In this document: positions 38,858-49,945 of the stretch, one piece after another
Position numbering within the stretch: position 1 is the first letter of the stretch
How the letters are laid out: the number at the start of each line of letters is the position of its first letter
Source of the DNA: Eledone cirrhosa
Lineage: Eukaryota
Assembly: GCA_964016885.1 (NCBI GenBank)
Contig: OZ024741.1
Location: 377,022,001-377,086,000, forward strand
DNA: 64,000 nucleotides
Reading direction: 5' to 3'
Position numbers and translations under genes: made by a program
The notes under the pieces: model-generated
The model's database searches: none
Seen by the model: only the letters and a program-made list of their open reading frames with translations
What the model was told of the DNA's origin: nothing

Positions 38858-39696
38858 TGGGAGAGGTGTGGTATTAATAAAAGGCTAATGGTAAAGATGG
38901 AAGGGAAAGACGAATAAAGGGTGAGCGAAGCAGATGTGGATGACGGAGAGTTGTAGTATTAATAGCATCACTATTTATAATAGTAAAGGGAGCTGTCCGT
39001 GGGACAGACTTAAATAATTGAGTGACCTTAAAGTTGACTGAGAGAGTAATTGTTTTTAAATATGTCCATCTTAGTATTTGAGTCGTTAATGGTGGCATTC
39101 TAAGTTTGTCCGTCGGTGTTAGAAATATATATATGTGTGTATAAACACACATATATATATATAACAAAGAGGGTGTGGTAGGACACAAGGTGGACCATAG
39201 TGCACCAGAGTACTCAATAATTAGGGTGGTAGACGACTGAACTCCGGCCGTTTCGAAAGCTGGATACATATATATATTTATATATATATATATCAATCTA
39301 TATAAATTCTCACACACAATCGATTGTTCTCACTTGATTTAATTATATTGAGGTTCCTCTACATCGCACGGTAAAAAATGAAAATAAGGAAAAATGTTGT
39401 GATGTTTGTGTTACATTTTAATTGTCTATTTCGGGACTAAAGTCAAAATAGAAATAGGATGGTGAATCGATAACAACACGAGCACAAATTCCGACGAACC
39501 AGCTTTTTATTGTAATCTTCTGATGAAGTTAGTTTATTCTCCAACTATTGGGATAGATAAATAAAACAACGTACAATACATAAACACCCTCCTTGCTTTT
39601 AAGCTTTGTATTATCTGTTTCTCATTGTCGTAGCCTTCGAATAACGTTCTACTTAATTTACTACACACTGTGATTCAAGCAAACTGCAACACTTTC

Positions 39697-39700
<4 letters not shown>

Positions 39701-39744
<44 letters not shown>

Positions 39745-39750
39745 ACACAC

Positions 39751-39794
<44 letters not shown>

Positions 39795-39841
39795 AAACAC
39801 GTACTTACACACACATACATACGCGCACACACACACGCGCG

Positions 39842-39894
<53 letters not shown>

Positions 39895-39895
39895 T
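39701..39895. repeat. Compound (CA)n/(TA)n microsatellite
   Basis: Direct inspection. Confidence 0.95.
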
Positions 39896-39953
39896 ATTCT
39901 GGGTTGAATCGGAGGTAACCACCATAAGTAAGGTGCTCAATAAATAGCAGAGT

Positions 39954-40083
39954 ATAAAAGTTTTAATAAAGAAGAGCCTCTACAGGACTAGAACCGTTTC
40001 ATTTGTGAGAAATCATCATGATGATTTCTCACGAATGAAACAGTTCTAGGCCAGTAGAAGCTCTTCTATATTAAAACTTATAT
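39954..40083. repeat. Spacerless ~65-bp-arm palindrome of two hammerhead 3' portions
   Basis: Axis tcatca|tgatga at 40018/40019. Each arm reads tgatga-tttctcac..aat-GAAAc...gTA-ga.gctcttc. Confidence 0.85.
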
Positions 40084-40096
40084 ATATATATTAAAA

Positions 40097-40188
<92 letters not shown>

Positions 40189-40494
40189 CTCGCATACACC
40201 CCCAAACTGCCTACGAATCCTGCAAGACCTCCACGAAACCTTCCGACACCTTTACATCCATAAGCAAACACATACTCTCACACACCTACACCTATACAGG
40301 GACTATACACACACAGACATACTTTTATCTCCAACATACACAATGGTTTTTCAAAACCCACAAGCACGTACCCATGCTCTCCCCTCAGACTCTCACACTT
40401 ACATCCACGCATACATACACACACGTACATCTACACACACACACACAAACACACATACATACACTTCACTTTCAGCTATCCCCTCTCCGACTCC

Positions 40495-40845
40495 ATATGC
40501 TACACGAGAATGCTGAGGATGGCTCTGAACATTAATCAGTACACACTGAGGATGAAAAACTCAGAGCTGTATGGGAGCCTCCCAAAAGTCAGCTCAAAAG
40601 TGACACAGAGGAGACTGAGGTTAGCTGGACATGCTCACCAACTACCAGTATTGAGATTGCACTCAGTGCTCCTGTGGGAGCCCCTACATGGACACACTGG
40701 AAGAGGAAGACCAATGTTAACATATGTTGATTCCCTAAGGACAGACACTGATCTGTTGGAGACGCAGGACATGGCAGCGATAATGAGGCACAGAAACCGC
40801 AGGAGAGAACTCGTCCCTGAATATCGGGAATTTTACCCGCCCTAG
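40495..40845 (+). mobile_element. RTE-clade LINE 3' end
   Basis: CYTRMLRMALNI...NSELYGSLPKVS..RRLRLAGH...LLWEP..GRGRP.LTYVD.L. Confidence 0.85.
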
Positions 40846-40884
40846 ATATATATATATAGTAATAATATGCGAGTGTTTATATAG

Positions 40885-41298
40885 TAATAATGACGAGTGT
40901 TTTCGCGTATGCATGTGTTTGTACGTATTTGGATGCGTGTATGTATATATTTAATTTCAATTACATCTGTATTTATTCTTAACTCTGAAGACGAGAATCA
41001 TTCGGTTACCTAAATATAATTTTAGTCTACGACTTCAGTTATACCATTTACATGGTTTTGTCTTTGCGTGTAATTGTTCTCCACGTTCCACATAATGACA
41101 TATTATCTTCGTTTTTTTCTGTTCTTTGCCAGGGAACGTTTCCACGAACCAAAGTATCGTCTTCCTGTCTTCCTTCGGTTGCTACGTTTTTGACATATTT
41201 ACTTTTGCGTTCACAGATTGACTCTTTTAGTTTCAGAAGATCCCGTTAATAGTGAAAGCACCGATTCTTTGCTTAAACTTTAATCTGTTATTTTAATA
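40885..41298 (+). mobile_element. 3' UTR/pLTR fragment of the same Naiad family as 5804-9557
   Basis: Aligns with ~8910-9140 and 9285-9465. Ends in (TA)n. Confidence 0.88.
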
Positions 41299-41539
41299 TA
41301 TATATAAATAAATATATATATATATATAGTGGTAGAAAACTGGAAGGTATTCGTAACGGTAGTGCACTCAGTCCATGGGACGAGTTAGGTAGAAGTGGTT
41401 ACACAACAGTTAGTTCACCACACCAAGAACACTTGTTTTACCTTACCAGATCCTCAGCTGAGGATCCGCAAAGGTTAAACAATTGATCTCGCTAGAGTAA
41501 CCACTTCTATCTATCTATCTATCTATAAATATATATATT

Positions 41540-41838
41540 CTATTCTATTCTAAGGCGGGTAAAATTCCCGAGATCCATGGACGAGTTCTCTCCAGCGGTC
41601 TCTGTCCCTCAATATCGCTGCCATGTCCTGCGTCTCAAATAGACCAGTGTCTGTCCTTCGGGCATCAACATACGTTAACCTTTTTATCATCGTAGTGGAC
41701 TATTGTATGCGCCTTGCACTGGAGAAACACCAGGACTCTGGCTTTACTGTGGCACCGGCTCAGAGCAGGAGAGTTAAGGCGAAAAAGGTATCGGATGCTC
41801 AATTTGCCGACGACATAATTTTGGTGACAAATACAGTT
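41540..41838 (-). mobile_element. RTE insertion with 5' inversion
   Basis: 41553-41677 is the reverse complement of an RTE 3' end (homologous to 40716-40843) with a (TAGAA)n tail. 41678-41838 (+) encodes LFIIVVDYCMR...AQFADDIILV. Confidence 0.8.
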
Positions 41839-41929
41839 ATATATATATACATACACATACATATACGTGTTTTGCAATGAATTATTGGCGCCATCGCTTT
41901 GGAAAATTTAATGTCTAGATGTGAGCGAG

Positions 41930-42015
41930 CTTCCTGAAGAATCCGGCGCTCCAGTTTATATAATTATTACATAATTATTGGAAAACTCAAAACACGGACG
42001 AAACCATCGTAGAGG
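41930..42015 (+). ncRNA. Type I hammerhead with long stem-II insert (copy 1)
   Basis: cttc-CTGAAGA-a-tccg...cgga-c-GAAA-ccatcg-TA-gagg. Confidence 0.7.
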
Positions 42016-42569
42016 TATTTAAATGTATTCTATTTTCTCCTAGTTTATTTTAAACCTAATTCTGTTTAGTTGACTGTATCTAGGCGATTACACTGTCGAA
42101 ATATTCGATAAATATTCCGCTACGGCCGACGCGAAGCGCTAGTTTCGGTTATTTGTTGAAGATTCCTTCATAGAAGCCTCATTCGTATAGCTTGGTCTAT
42201 TCGATTTTTTATATAGTTAATTATGCTAATTAGGAGAGTAAATAGTATATATTTTATCTTGTGATTCTATAGACATGTTTTATGATATATAGCTCTGATT
42301 GTTTAATTTATAAATTTTTCATTGAGCCACAAAGTGACCAGTTGCAAAACACGTATATGTATGTAAATTTTTATATGTAATAATCTCCCACTAGGTTGAG
42401 ATACAAATTGGCTGTATTGTGCTGTTTTTTCTAGCAAAAATGCCACCAGTCGGAAGCAACTACCACACCACTTCCAACTTGACCGCGACTACGTCACGAT
42501 TTTTATACATTTTGAAATGAATTCTTGGCGCGATCGCTTTGGAAAATTTAATGTCTAGATATGAGTGAG

Positions 42570-42655
42570 CTTCCTGAAGAATAAGGCGCTCCAGTTTATA
42601 TAATTATTACATAATTATTGGAAAACTCAAAACACGGACGAAACCATGGTAGAGG
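42570..42655 (+). ncRNA. Type I hammerhead with long stem-II insert (copy 2)
   Basis: cttc-CTGAAGA-ataagg...cggac-GAAA-ccatgg-TA-gagg. Palindromic stem III accatggt. Stem II is mutated. Confidence 0.65.
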
Positions 42656-42932
42656 TATTTAAATGTATTCTATTTTCTCCTAGTTTATTTTAAACCTAAT
42701 TCTGTTTAGGTGACTGTATTTAGGCGATTATGCTGTCGAAATATTAGACAAATATTTCGCTACGGCCGACGCGAAGCGCTAGTTTCGTTTATTTGTTGAA
42801 GATTCCTTCATAGAAGCCTCATTCGTATAGCCTGATCTATTCGATTTTTTATATAGTTAATTATGCTAATTGGGAGAGGAAATAGTATATATTTTATCTT
42901 GTGATTCTATAGACATGTTTTATGATATATAA

Positions 42933-43383
<451 letters not shown>

Positions 43384-43763
43384 TGTGCTGATGGTTCAAT
43401 TCCAGTCTTGGCAGGGATTAGTTATGACAAATCTCAATATTTATTTACCATAAGATGTAACATTAAAAACTACATATGATAAAGTGGGTACGTAGGAAGA
43501 TGTGTATAAAAATATATAATAATAAATATATATAAAGGCAAGTAATAAATATAAACATAAAACTACACAACTGTTACAAATTTAAATAATAAAATATGTA
43601 TACCTCCGTATTATAGAGGGAGTAAATGTGAGAGCGAGAGAGCTAACAGGATAAGAGAGAGAAAAAGAAAGAGAGATGATAGTAAAAACAAAGAAAGGAA
43701 GATATGTATGGCAATATATAATTACACGAGGAGAAGGAGAATCAAGGTATATGATGCGTGACC

Positions 43764-43820
<57 letters not shown>

Positions 43821-43833
43821 TATATTATCTATG

Positions 43834-43903
<70 letters not shown>

Positions 43904-45149
43904 CATAATAAATACAAACAAATGCAGCAAGAACTATTTAAATCGTTTGTGGTTTTCTGAGTGAGAGTAGATATGAGTTATGTTGTGTATATATAGTATT
44001 TATCAAATGTGATATCAAACAAATTCGCAGCTCTTCGTTTGGATGAATTTCTATTTGTGCTAAAACCTGGACATGTAAACATTTGAATCAAAGGAAAAAA
44101 AAAACATTTAAAACATTTCACAAGACAAATATAGCATACTGCTATTTTGTTCGATTTCACCACTTCTTACATATGAAACCAACAATTACTCCAGTAACGA
44201 TAGAACAAATCTGACATAAAAATTATATTTACGCATTGCTTAGTTATGGCTCTTGTATTTTTGGAATGATTCAGAATAGCATCGAGTTATGGTGTATCTA
44301 TTTAAATTGACGCAGAATGTCGATACACAATTTATTTGTCGAATAGATATACATAAATGTTAAGACATGGTATATACACAATATTCTTAATATCAACTCT
44401 CGAGAGTGTCATTCGAAATGCGAGCTCACTTTCAGAGATGTCAATACTTTATATAATCGCATAGTGTTCATTTATACATGTATTACAATACTAAAAGGGT
44501 ATGGATCTGTAAGCGAACTCTTGTAGCAATTTTGCAATTTAACCGTATATCAATACAGTATTCTGTATTTTCCTTCAATCTAACTCGTGGTTGATTAAGT
44601 TATATTTCTATAACAATATCCTACGCTACACTGAAACGTTAGAAATAAACCGGGATTGAGAGAAACTGCAAACATCAGTTCGGTGGATTGTACTTATTTT
44701 GGGATTGGAAATCAATGGTTTTAACGCCATCACCTAAACTCTCGTTAGGATTAAAGGGCTATGTGTGTCTGCAGAAATTAATTTCATTTATTTTTGTCTT
44801 CCACCTACCAGTCACTGCGGCCGTGTAAATAATAAAAAACAAATCCAGAAACTCAAATATAAAATAATGCTTTACTATCTATAGATATTTACTTACTAGG
44901 TGATCATTCAATATCATGGTCACATATATGAAGTAATAGTAACCCTGAATTCGGCGTAATACCAATGTTGGAATTTTTCCATTTCATTTATATAGTCTTG
45001 AAATTTCAGAATTTCAGAAACGGCTTCAAACAAATATGCCTAAACCACTTTTATTCATACACAGATGTTAGCCATAAAAACAATATATCTGATCGTTAGC
45101 CTAGCATGACTTTCCTAATCTTTTTTCTAAGAAATCAAATTTATTCAAA

Positions 45150-45455
45150 AACAAACCTTATTCAGTCAGAAAAGAAAAAAGGGGGAAGCAAAAGGAAAGA
45201 ACAGAAAAGGGATGGGATGGCAAGAGCTCTGTTATCGCAGAAGATAGGGCTGGGGCAGGATGATTGTGCTTTGGGCCTAGGGCAAGGGGCAGTACAGCTG
45301 CGTCCTGCGGAGAGGACGGCGAAAGCATTCCCTCGGACGATGGCCAAAGACACCCGCTGTAACGGCCACCCAACCTCGCGGGGCTCCCTCCTCAGACGGG
45401 GCTCCCTCCTCAGACGGGCCACCGACACTCCGATCTCGGCAGTACGGGGTCCAAT
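45150..45455 (-). mobile_element. 3' end of a CRE-like (RLE) non-LTR retrotransposon
   Basis: EPREVGWPLQRVSLAIVRGNAFAVLSAG resembles the QR(L/I)S.A..RGNA..VL C-terminal motif of CRE-type RLE elements. Contains a 19-bp tandem duplication (ggggctccctcctcagac). Confidence 0.65.
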
Positions 45456-46005
45456 GGATATACATTTTCAATCTTTCTTTTTGTCTTGTTCATCCAAAAG
45501 ATGCAACACGATTATACATATTTAATAACTAAATACTCTGGTCGTTATTGGGATTATTACATCACGAAAATAGTAAAAGTGAATTCGGTCTCATCAATGT
45601 CAATTTAACACGGATAACTGAATCAATACCCCGATAATAGCTTATATTAATCGCTATAATGCAGTAATGAAATAGCACAATTCTGAATTAAAAAAAGTTA
45701 TTTGTTTCATTATTGTCCCAAATCAGTAAAAAATATATTCAACTCGACAGTAAACTAAGTTTGATTAACATTTCAGAGTGTGCGTGAGATGCAACTTGGG
45801 TTTAGGATTTTCGCATTATAATCGCCATCATTATCTACTCATTTCTCACCTCCTCCTCCCCCTCTGGCAAATGCTCTTGTTCCCTTCACCCTCTGCTTCA
45901 ACATTGTCAACACCGCTAGTATCATGCTAAATATTATGAAATGCTAGAATAAAAGTGGATGTCTTGAATCTCTATCTCCCTCTCTCACGCAGACACACAC
46001 ACACG

Positions 46006-46058
<53 letters not shown>

Positions 46059-46299
46059 TGGCTGCCAACTCGTTTTCGAGTACGGCCACTACTTTATATC
46101 CATGTAGGAGAACCCCTACCGATGCGCTGAACGAGTGTGACTTTTGAGTCCAGCCAGCGACTTGATAACTCTGGTACAAACACTACACTTGTGACAATTA
46201 TTGACACATAGTGCTGGGCCCATATATATATATATATATATACATACAGATATGCATGAATATATTTATACATTATATGCATATATCATATAAATGCAT

Positions 46300-46545
46300 A
46301 CATACACTGAGAACCAATCAGATAGGATGAGGAAAAGATACACTCTAAAACTAATTACTGAATTTAAAATTTGATGACAAAACAAAAACAGCTAACTTCC
46401 TCGGCGTGACACAAGAGTCGGACACTCGATTATACCAGCCTTTCTACAAGTCAAACAGATGCACTCATATGTCAATAGATATTCTAACCTTTCTCATATA
46501 ATTATTAAATCCATTCCGAATAGCGTATCAAAGTAAGTCATACCA
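46300..46545 (+). mobile_element. Decayed Naiad-type RT thumb fragment
   Basis: ANFLGVTQESDTRLYQPFYKSN...SYVNRYSN, comparable to NYLDVTLNLSNGLYYPYRNPN..YISKHSNHP at ~7530. Confidence 0.6.
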
Positions 46546-46599
46546 TTTTGACACAATCAATGACATAAGTCTGTTTTTTATCCGTCGGGAAAAATCATC

Positions 46600-47170
46600 C
46601 TAGTAACCATCAGTACCTGGTGAAAGTATTCAAGGCAGTGGACTGCAGGGCTCTCTCTATTCAGAGGATATAATTCTGTAATGCACAGTGCTATCTTTGA
46701 GTGAATGGTTACATCGGGCGATCAGTTTATCAAAGTTTATTTCGAACCACTACTACATAAATTAGAGACGTACATGGGCATCACACGTGATCTAGGGTGT
46801 GAAAGAACTGTAACAGCATATGCCAATCATTTCAACGTAGTCATGTCGAGCAGCAAACATATTGAGTTGATCGACAGTGTCGTCAATGAATATGAAGCGA
46901 CAATAGGAGCAAACATCAACCAGGAAACCTTGTTCGAACTGCAGCTCAACACGTGGAAGCGTACGTCCATGCACGCCCAACGTCGTTGGAAGAATTGGTT
47001 AAATTGCTCGGTGTCTGGTTAAACTCCAGACTTCCAAATGGACAAACACAGACAGAGGTTACGTCATCTACTACCGTGTAAGGGTAAGGTGTTGGGCGTA
47101 GGTCAAGAAAGTGTCGGAGAGAATGGGACTTGTCATCGTAAATGATGACGTCCAGGGTGAAGACCAGGAG
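46600..47170 (+). mobile_element. Decayed RT fragment related to the Tx1-like element
   Basis: EPLLHKLETYMGITRDLGCERTVTAYANHFNVVMSSSKHIELI...EYEATIGANINQE aligns with EPLLHKQETLTGIPRELESGRSVAAYADDVTVVVSNAKHIEAI...EYEAVTGSMINQE (~27750-27950). Confidence 0.85.
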
Positions 47171-47240
47171 AGAAGGAGGAGTTCGACATTTAATTTCGAC
47201 TCTGTATATACCGCCCTTCTCTCTCTCTCCCTCTCCGTGT

Positions 47241-47280
<40 letters not shown>

Positions 47281-47328
47281 ATCAAAATAAAGATCCGACG
47301 GCATGGTATAAATGTTCAATCATTTTAA

Positions 47329-47402
47329 TCACGACACATGTTTCAATAAGAGATAGTTTAATCGTGTAGCCATGATCGATTATCACTGAACTCGTCAGGT
47401 GA
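47329..47402 (-). ncRNA. Type I hammerhead, extended stem II
   Basis: tcac-CTGACGA-[47 nt]-GAAA-catgtg-TC-gtga. Confidence 0.65.
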
Positions 47403-48230
47403 AAATGAAATGAATTGTTTTCAAATCCTTGATATGAGGGAGAAAATTAACGATGTTTACTCACAGAGTTTAGTCCCTCATATGAAGATGAAGCAGTCAA
47501 AACACGGCGACTGCTATCCTCCTGAGTTAGAGTCATAAAACTATCAAGTCTCTATCTCCCAATAGCTGTACAAGACGTTCGACATCAATCAAATCTGTAG
47601 AATTACAGTCGGTCACAGTTAATGTGAGTGGGTACACACACACTCACACACTCCGATGCGAGGTCAAAGGAAAAAAAATATATACAGATACCAACATAGC
47701 ATCAAATCTGTAGAACTATAGACGGTCACAGGTAGTGTGAGTGAGTACACACACACTCACACACACACCGAAGGGAGTTCAAAGAAAACATATATAAATA
47801 TACCAACATAGTATTCACAGAAAGTTAGTTTACAAAACAACAAATGTTATATTGGTCAAATCTCAATTTGACGATGTATATTGGAATAATTGGGTCAACC
47901 GTAACCCTATACACACGCAAGTAAGTTCAATCACATGATCTGCTCTACGTGTATAGAATGCATTTTTTCTTTGACCTAGCGTCGGTGTGTTTGAATGTGT
48001 GTGTACCCACTCACATTAACAGTGACCGACTGTAATTCTACAGATTTGATTGATCCCCAACGTTTTTTACCGCTATTGGGAGATAGAGACTTGATAGTGT
48101 TATGACCCTAACTGAGGACGATAGCAGTCACCGTGTTTTGACTGCTTGATCTTCATATAAGGGAATAAACTCTGTGAGTGAACATCGTTAATTTTCTCCC
48201 TCATATCAAGGATTTGAAGACAATTCATTT

Positions 48231-48304
48231 TCATCTGACGAGATCAGTGATAATAGATCATGGCTACACGATCGATTTATCTCTTATTGAAACATATGTC
48301 GTGA
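48231..48304 (+). ncRNA. Type I hammerhead, extended stem II
   Basis: tcat-CTGACGA-gat...att-GAAA-catatg-TC-gtga. Palindromic stem III and GUC cleavage triplet. Confidence 0.7.
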
Positions 48305-48497
48305 TTAAAATGATTGGAAATTTATACCATGCCTTCGGATCTTTATTTTGATACAAATACTCCATTTTATATCATCTAGCTGTTCCCATAAATGGAATTG
48401 GAGATATACAAAAGCATGGAGAACTTAATATTACTAACAAAAATGTATTGGACCGTTTGAAACAAACAATAATACACCTTACTATATATATATATAC

Positions 48498-49388
48498 TAG
48501 CTGAAGTACCCAGCTTTGCCCGGGTAAACATATGATAAGAGAAGACAGGTAAAAGAGAAAATGACTGTCTTGGATGTTTGTCTGGTTACAGTATGAGGCG
48601 AGTCCGTGGTGTCTGTGTGATACAAAAAAACAGTAAAAAAAATCTTCCAGATATACCAGATTCTTTGTTGTACCGGTTGTGCATAGTATATGAACAATTC
48701 TAGGTGCTCCCATCTAGAATAGTGACCTCTAGGAGATGGTTCATCTTCTGCCTGGCTGTAAAACGTGTATCATTGCATATACGTGGTTGTTTCACGTTTC
48801 TCAAAAGGATGATAGAAGTTCCAATCTTTTATATTATATCTAGATATAGATATAGATAATTAATATAAAAGATGCCGTCAATGTAAAAAAAAGGTCCCTA
48901 TTTACTCCCTTCACAACTCTGTATATGTTAGACTGACAGACAGGCACACAGACAGATACTCTGCGTGGCGATTGTGGGATGCCGCACGTGCACACACATA
49001 CACGCAGGGAAACGCGCACACGCACACGAACTTACACACACGCACACACACATGTTGATAGTTTTTACTTTCTGTGGAACGCTGCACGCACGCACACACA
49101 CATAAACATACGCGCACGTACATACACACGCACACATGTTAATAGTTATTGCTTTCCTTCACCTCTTATTTCCACACACACACACGTCTCTACACTGACA
49201 CATATACATAGTGTATCCAAACACAGCGTTCACTTTGCCCCTCTCTCCCCTCTCACTCCCTCATTGGTATTATGCATATTAATTTAAGTCTGGCGTCGTT
49301 GAGGTGGGCGGAGTCGTTTGAAACCTATGAACCAATGATAATCGAGAATTATGACGGAATACTGACATTGTTCAAATTAATATATAGA
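48498..49388 (-). mobile_element. Non-autonomous Helitron-like element
   Basis: Minus strand starts TCTATATATT and ends cccgggcaaagctggg-tacttcag-CTAG-t (subterminal hairpin + CTAG) in a TA context. Confidence 0.6.
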
Positions 49389-49424
49389 CTAGCAGAAAAC
49401 CACCCGTGGGCGGTTTTCTGCTAG

Positions 49425-49945
49425 TCTATATATCTAAAACAGAGAATGTCTGTCTGTCTGTCAGCTCACTAAAACTTGAGAACCATCCAACCGATTGTTT
49501 TCAAACTTTAGACATGTAATACTTATGGTCCTGTGAGTGTTATGAGCAAAATTTATTTCACATTTTCAATGCCCTAGAGACCGCATTAGACGATTTAGCG
49601 TTCTCTCTATATAATTCTTAGTCTTTCTTTTTAGATAGATACATATATATAACGTTGCGCCCTTATAATATCTGTCTGTATGTCTGGCTGTCTGCATTAC
49701 GTCATTATGACGCGCTCAGCGCAATTCCCTCGGCCTCAGTGACCAAAGTCAGTGGAGAGGGGAAGGTAATGTTTCTGTAGCACGTGTTTTAGCGTCTATT
49801 CATTCTCTCTCCCTCTCCCTCTCTCCCTCCCGCTATCCCCCTCTCGTAGTCTGTCTCTTTCTTTCACTCTCACTCTCTCTCTACGCACGTGTTTCCACTG
49901 TCGGACAGACAGACAGATAAATTGCTGGTTATATATATAAGTAGA
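49425..49945. mobile_element. Helitron-like 5' heads in both orientations
   Basis: TCTATATATctaaaacagagaatgtctgtctgtctgtc...caaccgatt...caaactt on (+), and ttatatatataaccagcaatttatctgtctgtctgtc on (-) near 49940. Confidence 0.5.

Larger units (their letters stand above)
41850..42930 (+). mobile_element. Non-coding 640-bp tandem unit (1.6 copies), one hammerhead per unit; PLE pLTR or retrozyme-like
   Basis: About 41877-42290 is repeated at ~42517-42930 (offset 640). 41852-41877 is the reverse complement of ~42342-42365. Flanked by (TA)n. Confidence 0.75.
47278..48355. mobile_element. ~400-bp inverted repeat (inverted PLE pLTR pair), each arm with a hammerhead
   Basis: 47278-47680 is the reverse complement of ~47960-48355. 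Internal ~110-bp tandem duplication at 47588-47810. Confidence 0.85.
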
